Source: Candidatus Methylomirabilota bacterium (GTDB lineage Bacteria; Methylomirabilota; Methylomirabilia; Rokubacteriales; CSP1-6). From it: DNA of 64,000 nucleotides. Positions 56,209-64,000 of the stretch are shown in pieces (the stretch's first letter is position 1; the number at the start of each line of letters is the position of its first letter). The translations under genes were made by a program, and so were the position numbers. The stretch lies in NCBI GenBank assembly GCA_035764725.1, contig DASTYT010000044.1, positions 1 through 64,000 of the forward strand, given 5' to 3'. The notes under the pieces are model-generated. The model did not search any database, was not told the origin of the DNA, and saw only the letters and a list, made by a program, of their open reading frames with translations.

Positions 56209-57784
56209 CCGTGACCCACACCTCGTCCCAGCGCTCGTGGGACGAGAGGCTCTTGAAGATGTTCTGCACGCGCGCCCGCGCCACGTTGGTATCGCCGTAC
56301 TCCACCAGCGGGATCGTGGGCAGATCCTTCATGAGGATCTCCTGCACCTCGCGATAGGGCTTGGCGCGCTCGGCCTGCGAGGCCACCGCGCCGCCCTTGG
56401 CGAAGAGCTCGTCCACCTTGGGGTTGCAGTAGCGCTCCACGTTCACGAACGGCGCGGGACGGATGTTGTCGCAGGTGTAGATGCGCCCGATGCCCAGCGC
56501 CGGGTCACCGTAGCTCGTGTAGTTGTGGATGTAGAGGTCGAAGTCGTACTGCTTGAACACCTTCTCCAGCATGAGCGAGCGCTCGAGCGGCACCAGCTTC
56601 ACGTTGAGGCCCACCCCCTTGAGCTGTTGCGCCACCACCTCGGAGGCGCGGTTGGCCGCGGAGTTGGCGGGGTCGTAGACCAGGCGCAGCGCCATCCGCT
56701 CGCCCTGCGCGTTCTTGGGATAGCCCGCCTCGTCGAAAAGCGCGCCAGCCTTCGCCACGTCGAAGGGATACTTCGGCACATTGGCGTTGTAGGCCCAGGC
56801 AAGACTCGACGGGATCACGCTCGTGCCCGGCCGACCCTGGCCGGCGTAGCCCTGCTGCACGAGGAAGCTCTGATCGATGCCGTGGAAGATGGCCTGCCGC
56901 ACCCGTACGTCACCGAGCGCCTTGTTGTCCTTCAGGTTGAAGAACAGCAGGATGGTCTCCGGGAACAGCATGTACTCCTTCACCACGATGCCAGGGAGCG
57001 CCTTCACCCGTCCCGCCTGCTCGCGCGGGAGGAAGAAGGAGTAGAGCACATCCACCTCGCCCTTCTCGAAGGCGAGCACGCGCGAGGCCGGGTTCGGCAT
57101 CACCTTCAAGATCACGCGGTCCAGATAGGGCCGGCCCTTCTTGAAGTAATCGGGGTTCCGCTCCAGCACGTAGTGGCTGCCCTTCACCGCCTCGGCGATC
57201 TTGAAGGGCCCGGTGCCGACCGGCTTTCGGTTGAACTCCGCGGTGGCGAGGTCCTGCCCCTCGAGCAGGTGCTTGGGCAGGATCGGCCCCATGTTGAGCG
57301 AGGTCATGAACACGGTGGGCCCGAAGGGCGTCTTCATCTTCAGCACCACCGTGTAGGGATCGGGCGTGTCGATGGAGGCGATGCTGGCATAGGCCACGCG
57401 GCCTACCGGGTGATACTTGGCGATCGCCTCCTGATACGTCCACTTCACATCCGCGGAGGTGAAGGGCTTGCCGTCGTGCCATTTCACGTCCTTGCGGAGC
57501 TTGAACGTGTAGGTGAGGCCGTCTGGGCTGATCGTCCACGATTCGGCGAGATCGGGATGGCTCCGGTAGTCGTTGTCGAGGTAGGTGAGCCCGTTGAAGA
57601 GCTTGCCCATGAGCGACCACGCCTGGGTGTCGGTGGTGGTCGCGGGGTTCATGGTGGGCGGGTCGGCGCTGATGGCCTGCACCACGGTGCCGCCCATCCT
57701 GGGCTCCTGGGCGAGCGTGGCAATGGGGACGACGAGCGCGGCCGCGAGGGCGAGCGCGAGAACACGAGCGAGTGAAAGCCGCAT
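56198..57784 (-). CDS. ABC transporter substrate-binding protein (family 5, peptide/opine type)
   Basis: Signal peptide plus an SBP_bac_5 fold. Confidence 0.85.
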   Translation of the reverse strand: MRLSLARVLALALAAALVVPIATLAQEPRMGGTVVQAISADPPTMNPATTTDTQAWSLMGKLFNGLTYLDNDYRSHPDLAESWTISPDGLTYTFKLRKDVKWHDGKPFTSADVKWTYQEAIAKYHPVGRVAYASIASIDTPDPYTVVLKMKTPFGPTVFMTSLNMGPILPKHLLEGQDLATAEFNRKPVGTGPFKIAEAVKGSHYVLERNPDYFKKGRPYLDRVILKVMPNPASRVLAFEKGEVDVLYSFFLPREQAGRVKALPGIVVKEYMLFPETILLFFNLKDNKALGDVRVRQAIFHGIDQSFLVQQGYAGQGRPGTSVIPSSLAWAYNANVPKYPFDVAKAGALFDEAGYPKNAQGERMALRLVYDPANSAANRASEVVAQQLKGVGLNVKLVPLERSLMLEKVFKQYDFDLYIHNYTSYGDPALGIGRIYTCDNIRPAPFVNVERYCNPKVDELFAKGGAVASQAERAKPYREVQEILMKDLPTIPLVEYGDTNVARARVQNIFKSLSSHERWDEVWVTDGK

Positions 57785-57791
57785 GATCGAT

Positions 57792-59306
57792 CTATCTCCC
57801 GACGAGGGCGTCGACCGACGCCTCGAGCTTGCGAGCCGAGTCGGCGAGCCGCTGATGCATACCGGAGACGATGGCCTCGTCGGCCTTGAGGCCGGTACCG
57901 AAGTGCGCGATCTGGCGCTGCGACTCCCTGGGCGCGGGACCGCCGCGCATGGTGCGATCCGCGATGAAGCGGCCGGGGTCGACCGCCTCGCGGATCTGCG
58001 CCGCGGTGAGGCCCGCGGGCTGACCGTGATAGAGCTGCGCGGCCTCGTCCAGCAGGGCCGGCGTCACCCCGTCGGGCGCAAGCCCGCGCTCCTCGCAGAG
58101 CCGCACGAGGATGCCCACGATCTGATGCGAGGTCCGCCAGGGCAGGTTCTTCTCCCGCACCAGCGCCCCCGCGATGTCAGTGGCGGTCGCCCAGTGCTTC
58201 CAGGCCTCTTCCCGCATGTGCGCCTTGCGGATCTCGAGCGCCGGGAGTAGCTCGCAGAACCAGTCGAGATCGCGCACGCAGTGGTTGCAGACGGTCCACA
58301 CCTGCTCGAGCGCGTAGTGCCGCTCGGTGATGGGGAACGCGGTGGGGCCCTTGAGGGCGGTGAACGAGGTCACCACCGCGCCCAGCGCCTCCGCGGCCGC
58401 GCCCTTCACCTCGGCGGGGCCGATCACGTTCTTCTTCTGCATCATGATGCTCGAGGTGTTGCAGAAACGGTCGGGGATGCTCACGTAGGCGTACTCGCTG
58501 GTGCTCCAGAGGATGAGATCGTCCGCCCACTTCGACATGCTGTGGTAGAGCGTGGCCACCGCCATCGGCACATCCAGGCTGTCGTCGGCGTTGAGCTCCA
58601 GGATGGCGTCGGCGCAGTTCTCGTGCACGCCGTCGAAGCCCATCAGCTCCGCGGTGCGCTCGCGATCGAGCGGGAAGTTCGAGCCCACCATGATGGCGGA
58701 GCCCGCCGGACTCACATTCACCCGCCGGTAGACGCCGTGCAGGCGCTCGAAGTCCCGCGCGAGGTTGGCCGCCCAGGAGATGTAGAGATGCGCCAGCGTC
58801 ATGGGCTGGGCGTGCTGGCCGAAGCTCGTGCCCGGGAAGATCGTGTCGGTGTGCTGAGCGGCCAGGTCCAGCAGCACGCGGCGCAGGCGGTTCACCGCTT
58901 CGAGAATGCGGAGCACGTGCTCGCGCTGCAGGGTGTTGATGCCGACGGAGGAGAGATCGCCGCTGCTGCGCCCGAGGTGCAGGCGCCCGCCCACGTCCTC
59001 ACCGAGCTTCCGGATCAGGTACTGCTCGCCGGCGTGGAGGCCGCCGCCCACCTTGCTCCGCGTCTCCTCCACGCCTTCCTTCTCCATCTCGCGGAGGGCG
59101 CGCAGGATGGCCCCCGCCGTCTCGCGCGGGAGCAGGCCCTGCTCGGTCAGCATCACCGCCTGCGCCTTGTCGAAGGCGTGGAGGGCGTGGAACATGAGGC
59201 GCGCGCGCCCCGCGGTGAGGCGCGCCAGATGCGGCATCATCTCCTCGCGCAGGCGGATGCCGGCAGTGCGGAAGCCGCGGTATTCCGAGGACGTTTGCTT
59301 CAGCAT
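57792..59306 (-). CDS. Fumarase/aspartase-superfamily lyase (argininosuccinate-lyase-like)
   Basis: Lyase_1 signature 'SSIMMQKKNVIGPAE' (GSSxMPxKxN). Confidence 0.75.
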   Translation of the reverse strand: MLKQTSSEYRGFRTAGIRLREEMMPHLARLTAGRARLMFHALHAFDKAQAVMLTEQGLLPRETAGAILRALREMEKEGVEETRSKVGGGLHAGEQYLIRKLGEDVGGRLHLGRSSGDLSSVGINTLQREHVLRILEAVNRLRRVLLDLAAQHTDTIFPGTSFGQHAQPMTLAHLYISWAANLARDFERLHGVYRRVNVSPAGSAIMVGSNFPLDRERTAELMGFDGVHENCADAILELNADDSLDVPMAVATLYHSMSKWADDLILWSTSEYAYVSIPDRFCNTSSIMMQKKNVIGPAEVKGAAAEALGAVVTSFTALKGPTAFPITERHYALEQVWTVCNHCVRDLDWFCELLPALEIRKAHMREEAWKHWATATDIAGALVREKNLPWRTSHQIVGILVRLCEERGLAPDGVTPALLDEAAQLYHGQPAGLTAAQIREAVDPGRFIADRTMRGGPAPRESQRQIAHFGTGLKADEAIVSGMHQRLADSARKLEASVDALVGR

Positions 59307-59467
59307 GGATGAGCCTCCCGGTCACATCGGTGAACGCGACGCCAGCGGCGCGCGCAGACAACGAGAGTACACCAATCGGGAGGTGGGGGGACTGTGCCCG
59401 AAGGCACCCATTGCGCACCGGATCGGAGCGGGGGAAACTGCCCGCTTGGGGAGGCCGGCGCCACCTG

Positions 59468-60079
59468 ATGGACTACGCGTTCCTTGTCGACACCTATGCG
59501 AGCGAGCGTCTCAAGACTCTCTCGGTGTGGGCGATGTTCGACGATGCCGACCTCGACGTTCGGCCGCACCCGAATCTCGCACGTGACCGCACGTTCCGCG
59601 AGCACATGGTTCATCAGTGCCTAAGCGAGGATAAGTGGTTCACGGGAATGCTAGCGATCGACGTCGGCGCGCCGCCGCTCGCCGCCGAGGAGACGCGCTT
59701 AGCCTTTATCCGCCGGTACGCCGAGGATTCGGCGAAGCGACTCACCCGGCTCGGGGAGAAGGATGCCGAGTGGTGGAAGCAGAACGTCGCGTTCTTCGAC
59801 ACGATCCACAGCCGCGCGTGGATCATGGTGAGACGCATCGCACACACGGCGCACCATCGCGCGGAGCAGACGACGCTGCTGAGACTCCTGGGCCGTCAGG
59901 TCTGGAGCGTATACGGGCCCTCCGTGGACACCGGTGGCCTGCCGGCGAACGGCGCGCGCACGATCTATGCGTATCCGAGCATCGAGGCGCTTATCGCCGG
60001 GGAATCGCGCGGAGGGGAAAAGACGGTGTTGCCCGGCCCGGGTTCGCACCCGAGCACGGAGCGCTCGGGGCAGTCGTAG
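59468..60079 (+). CDS. DinB family (DinB_2) protein
   Basis: 'MDYAFLVDTYASERLKTLSVWAMF…HTAHHRAEQ'. ATG at 59468 with GGGGAGG upstream. Confidence 0.7.
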   Translation: MDYAFLVDTYASERLKTLSVWAMFDDADLDVRPHPNLARDRTFREHMVHQCLSEDKWFTGMLAIDVGAPPLAAEETRLAFIRRYAEDSAKRLTRLGEKDAEWWKQNVAFFDTIHSRAWIMVRRIAHTAHHRAEQTTLLRLLGRQVWSVYGPSVDTGGLPANGARTIYAYPSIEALIAGESRGGEKTVLPGPGSHPSTERSGQS

Positions 60080-60546
60080 CCGGGCGCCGAGCCCCTCGCC
60101 CCTGTGCACAACGAGATCGAGCCGATCATGGCCGCCCAAGCGTGTACGCCGAATGGTGGTCTTGTCGTCATGACCGATGCCTTCCTGCTCACGCATCGCG
60201 CCGAGATCGCCGCACTGGCTGTGCGCTACCGACCGCGTTTCGGAATGGGGAGGTTGTTCTGCCGCACGTGAGTAGGTGTCTGCGGGGCGCCATACACCAA
60301 ACGGTGCGGTTCGGGGACCCGTGCCCCCGCCGACCGCGTGAAGCTCTGTGCCCCACTATCCCGTCCGAGGTATCGCACCTAGCCCCCGCGCCCCCTCGCC
60401 AACGTCCACTCAACCGCGCTATTCTCGCCGCGCCGATGTGCACGCACCCCCAGCCTCTTCCGCCCCGAAGCGTGCTGATCTCGAATAGCGGGCGCATCCG
60501 ATTCATCCCCGTCCCTGTCCTTGGCCGGTGGGCTGTCCCGTCCCTC

Positions 60547-61101
60547 ATGGCCATGTCGCTCGTCATCTTGGTCCTTGGGTTGTTCGGGCCGTTCGCCGCC
60601 GGGGCCCAGCAGACAGGTCAGATGCGGCGAATCGGAGTGCTGATGGGGCTTCCCGAGGATCCGTGGTCGGAGGCTCGCCTGGCGGCGTTTCGCAAGGGGC
60701 TCAAGACGCTCGGGTGGGAGGAGGGCCGCAACATTCGCCTCGATGTTCGCTGGGCGACGACGTCCGACGCGCCATCGATGGAAAGACTCGCGCGGGAGCT
60801 CGTCGCCCTGCAGCCCGATGTCCTGTTGTCACACAACACACCCACTACGTCGACGCTGCTGCGACACACGCGCGCGATTCCCATCGTTTGCGCGGTCGTC
60901 TCGGATCCGGTAGGCACCGGGTTCGTCTCGAGCTTTCCCCGGCCAGGCCGCAACGTCACCGGGTTCACCAACATCGAGCCGACGATGGCGGGCAAGTGGC
61001 CGGAGCTGCTCACGCCGGCGCGTGACCATCAACGAGATGTTTACCGAGGAGTGCGTATTCTACGAGCCCAAGGGCGCCCACCGTGGCCGCGACGACATTG
61101 A
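60547..61101 (+). pseudogene. Truncated ABC-transporter substrate-binding protein (ABC_sub_bind family) fused to unrelated sequence
   Basis: Signal peptide plus 'RRIGVLMGLPEDPWSEARLAAFRKGLKTLGWEEGRNIRLDVRWA…' matches only the first ~160 aa of ~320-aa homologues. Homology ends near 61020, where GC drops. Confidence 0.45.
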
Positions 61102-61221
61102 TCGCGTCGCGGCAGCGATCAAGGCGACTCATCCTGACTTTCGCTGCCGTGTATCTCTTCTTCGACAAGCTACCCTGAGCTACCGCTGATGCGCTAGGCA
61201 TACCGGTGGGCTAAGGCAATC

Positions 61222-62037
61222 ATGAGTCCGGAAGAGCGTTGGCAGCTGAGTGGGAACGCGGCCGAGTTCTACGAGCGGTACGTGAGGCTCATCATGGAGC
61301 CGTGGGTACACTGTCTCGTCGAGGTGGCGGCGCTTCAGCCGGCTGAGCACGTTCTCGACGTGGCCTGCGGGACGGGCTTTGTCGCGCGCTTCGCCGCCCA
61401 GCGTGTGGGGGCGGAAGGTCGGGTCGTCGGTGTCGATCTCAACGCAAGCATGATCGAGGCGGCCCGCGCGGCATCAGGTCGTGACCCGGAGACGACGATC
61501 GAATGGCGAATCGGCGATGCCGCGACCTTACCGTTCGAGAACCGAGCCTTCGATGTCGTCCTCTGCCAGCAGGGCGTGCAGTTCTTCCCTGATCGGGTCC
61601 GGACCCTCCAGGAAATGCGTCGAGTTCTGCGCCCAGGCGGTCGGTTGGCCTTCACGGTGTGGGGCGCCATCGAGAACACGCCCTACTTCGCGGTTCTCGC
61701 CGATGCGCTGACACGACACGTAAGCGCCGAGGCGGGATCTATGGTGCGAGCACCCTGCGCGCTCCATGACCATGTGGCGCTGCACGGCCTCGTGGCATCG
61801 GCCGGCTTTCGGAATGTGGACGTGCGTCCCACCATCAAGACGATGAAGCTCCCATTGCCGGCGGAGTTCGTCCCCAGCCATCTCGCCGCGCTCCCTATGG
61901 CGCAGGAGATTGCTCGGGTAGCTCCCGAACGGCGCGCTGCCCTTCTCGAAGATATGACGCATGCGCTCAGCGTCTATCGGGACCGCGAGCAGTTGACATG
62001 TCCCGCGGCTGCTCATGTCGTCACGGCGAATGCCTAG
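61222..62037 (+). CDS. Class I SAM-dependent methyltransferase (Methyltransf_11)
   Basis: 'VLDVACGTGF…GVDLNASMIE…FDVVLCQQGVQFF…RRVLRPGGRLAF'. Noticeably lower GC than flanking genes. Confidence 0.75.
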   Translation: MSPEERWQLSGNAAEFYERYVRLIMEPWVHCLVEVAALQPAEHVLDVACGTGFVARFAAQRVGAEGRVVGVDLNASMIEAARAASGRDPETTIEWRIGDAATLPFENRAFDVVLCQQGVQFFPDRVRTLQEMRRVLRPGGRLAFTVWGAIENTPYFAVLADALTRHVSAEAGSMVRAPCALHDHVALHGLVASAGFRNVDVRPTIKTMKLPLPAEFVPSHLAALPMAQEIARVAPERRAALLEDMTHALSVYRDREQLTCPAAAHVVTANA

Positions 62038-62073
62038 CTTCCCGCGGGCGGAGCTGCTGTCGGCGGCGTGAAG

Positions 62074-63078
62074 TTAGCCCGTGGGCCTACACGCCCGTAG
62101 CGCCATCCTCACCGCGTCTCGCGCGCCCTTGCCTCGTGCCCGCGGGCTGATGATGGGCAGGCCGAGGCCGGCCGCGCGGTATTCCTCGATGCGGGCACGG
62201 CATTCACCCGGCGTGCCGACCAGGCCGACGGCCGCGGCCATGGCGTCGGGCACCGCGCGGGCGGCGCCCTCGCGGTCGCCCTTCTGCCATGCGGTCTGGA
62301 TGGCGCGCGCGGCGTCGGGGAAGCCTGCCTCCGCGAGCAGGCGGTTGTAGCGCGGGAAGAAGCCCGCGTACATGGCCACCGCGGGGCGCATCTGCTCGAG
62401 GGCCTCGCGGCGATCTTCCGCGATCACGCAGGGGAGGAGCGAGGTGATGTCCACGTCCTCGGGGCGGCGGCCGGCGCGGCGGGCGCCCGTGGCCACGTGG
62501 GCGGCGGCGCGGGCCGGCGCCTCCACCGTGCTCCAGGTGAGGATGAGGCCGTTGCCTAGCTCGCCGCAGACTTCGAGCATGGGCGGGAAGAGCGCGGAGA
62601 GATAGATGGGGATCGACCGGCGCAGCGGGGTGAACCAGAAGTCGAAGCGGTCGATGCGTACCGTCTCCCCGCGATAGGACACCTCGCCGTCGCGTAGCAG
62701 CGCGCGGATGGCCTCGACGCTCTCGCGCACGCGGGGGATGGGCTTGGCGTAGGGCAGGCCGTGCTCACCCTCCACCTGCACGCGGTGGCTCGATCCGAGC
62801 CCTAGCACGAAGCGCCCGTCGGAGAGCGCGTCCACCGTGGCCGCGGCCATGGCGATGGTGGGCACGCTGCGCACGAACACGCTGCTGATGCTGGTGCCGA
62901 GGCGGATCCGCGTCGTTGCCGTCGCGCAGGCGGCGAGGATGGCGAACTGGTCGCCGCCGTGCCCTTCCGCGACCCAGGCGGATTCGTAGCCGAGCTCCTC
63001 CGCCAGACGCACGCACTCCACGATCTCGGGAGCGGTGAGCCCTCCGCTGATGGCGAGGCCGATGCGCGGGGGAGCCAC
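62074..63078 (-). CDS. LLM class (luciferase-like) F420-dependent oxidoreductase
   Basis: Bacterial luciferase fold, F420-dependent MER/G6PD-like subgroup. Confidence 0.7.
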   Translation of the reverse strand: MAPPRIGLAISGGLTAPEIVECVRLAEELGYESAWVAEGHGGDQFAILAACATATTRIRLGTSISSVFVRSVPTIAMAAATVDALSDGRFVLGLGSSHRVQVEGEHGLPYAKPIPRVRESVEAIRALLRDGEVSYRGETVRIDRFDFWFTPLRRSIPIYLSALFPPMLEVCGELGNGLILTWSTVEAPARAAAHVATGARRAGRRPEDVDITSLLPCVIAEDRREALEQMRPAVAMYAGFFPRYNRLLAEAGFPDAARAIQTAWQKGDREGAARAVPDAMAAAVGLVGTPGECRARIEEYRAAGLGLPIISPRARGKGARDAVRMALRACRPTG

Positions 63079-63082
63079 CGCG

Positions 63083-64000
63083 CTACGCCATCTTGTAGCG
63101 CGCGATCACCGCGGGATCGGGATCGACGCCGAGACCGGGGCCCTGCGGCACCGCGAGCAGGCCGTTCGCCGCGCTGGTGGCGCCGCCGAAGAGGTCGGGC
63201 TCCAGCGTGGCGTAGATGCGCTCCACCAGCGGCTCGCGCGGCTGCGCGGCCAGGAAGTGGAGCGTGGCGAGGAGGCCGGGCCCAAAGTAGGGCGAGTGCG
63301 GCACCAGCGTGACGCCGGCGGCATCGGCGAGAATGCCCACCTCGCGGAGCGCGGTGACGCCGCCGATCTTGGTGACGCTCGGCTGCGCGTAGGTGACGGC
63401 GCCGGCGTCGAACATGTGCTTGAAGTCGATGGGATTGCTCGCGTTCTCGCCCGCGGCGAGGGCGATACCGCCGTCCTGGCGCACGCGCGCCAAGCTCTCC
63501 CAGTCCTCCGGCGGCCACACGGGCTCCTCCAGCCAGAGGAGATCGTACGGGCGGAAGCGCCGCGCCATCTCGAGCGCCTCGACGGGCGTCCACGGGCAGT
63601 TGGTGTCCACTGTGAGCTTCATCTCGGGCCCGCCGCCCTGGCGCGCTGCGCGCACCGCGGGCTCCGTGATCTCGTGGAGCTTCACGTACTTGTAGCCCTC
63701 CTTCACCGCGCCCTCGGTGATGCGCGCCACCACCGACGCGTCGGCGTAGCGGAAGAAGCTCGCGTAGGCGGTGATCTCCGTCCGTGCGCCGCCGCCGAGC
63801 AGGCGGTGGAGCGGCAGCCCCGCCGCCTTCCCGGCGAGATCCCACAGGGCGATGTCGATGCCCGAGAGGCCGAAGATCGACGGGCCGCCGCGCCCGAGAT
63901 TGTGGAAGCGCTTCAGGAGATCGGCGCGCAGCGTGGCGATCTGGGTGGCGTCGCGCCCCACGCAGGCGGGCCCGATGTAGGTATCCAGCGCGGCCTTGGT
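63083..64000 (-). CDS. Enolase-superfamily enzyme (mandelate racemase/muconate lactonizing family), 5'-partial at window edge
   Basis: MR_MLE C-terminal barrel residues (KLHEI…DTNCPW…LEEP). The frame is open to base 64000. Confidence 0.7.
   Translation of the reverse strand, partial: TKAALDTYIGPACVGRDATQIATLRADLLKRFHNLGRGGPSIFGLSGIDIALWDLAGKAAGLPLHRLLGGGARTEITAYASFFRYADASVVARITEGAVKEGYKYVKLHEITEPAVRAARQGGGPEMKLTVDTNCPWTPVEALEMARRFRPYDLLWLEEPVWPPEDWESLARVRQDGGIALAAGENASNPIDFKHMFDAGAVTYAQPSVTKIGGVTALREVGILADAAGVTLVPHSPYFGPGLLATLHFLAAQPREPLVERIYATLEPDLFGGATSAANGLLAVPQGPGLGVDPDPAVIARYKMA

Noticed and set aside
60080-60247. 56 in-frame sense codons continuing after the TAG stop of the DinB gene (possible stop-codon read-through or C-terminal extension)
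   Set aside because: Stop-free runs of this length are expected by chance at ~72% GC. The extension has no family resemblance, and DinB_2 proteins are complete at ~200 aa.

Overview
High-GC (~70%) bacterial chromosomal window, densely coding on both strands. There are about 70 protein genes and two minus-strand tRNAs: tRNA-Ala(GGC) and a type-II tRNA-Leu(CAA). I found no rRNA, CRISPR array, integrase or transposase. Most genes are accessory metabolism. Organosulfur scavenging is represented by a sulfatase, an ssuE/ssuD pair with a neighbouring flavin monooxygenase, and tauD. Three separate F420-type flavoenzyme families are present. Other loci include a hopanoid squalene-hopene cyclase, an acyl-CoA dehydrogenase pair, and a thiolase/DUF35/TauD group. 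A sugar-acid module combines an IlvD/EDD dehydratase, an HIBADH-like dehydrogenase and an RraA-like aldolase. A peptide/opine-type ABC importer is fused to MmgE/PrpD and an ArgH-like lyase. A large adenylate cyclase–AAA–TPR signalling protein and a PAS sensor are also present.

The most interesting point is a type II peroxiredoxin whose catalytic cysteine codon is an in-frame TGA, with a hairpin 14 nt downstream that could serve as a SECIS element, making it a candidate selenoprotein. Also notable is a free-standing double-motif LAGLIDADG homing-endonuclease gene on a low-GC islet directly beside tRNA-Leu. Two secreted or membrane proteins each have a strong RBS, start codon and signal peptide that are 1 nt out of frame with the rest of the gene. 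A cysteine-rich small secreted ORF lies antisense inside the 3' end of a long membrane-protein ORF. A low-GC patch of gene fragments (60.1–61.2 kb) sits next to a lower-GC methyltransferase.

Family assignments rest on my recognition of motifs in the translated ORFs. No database search was run.
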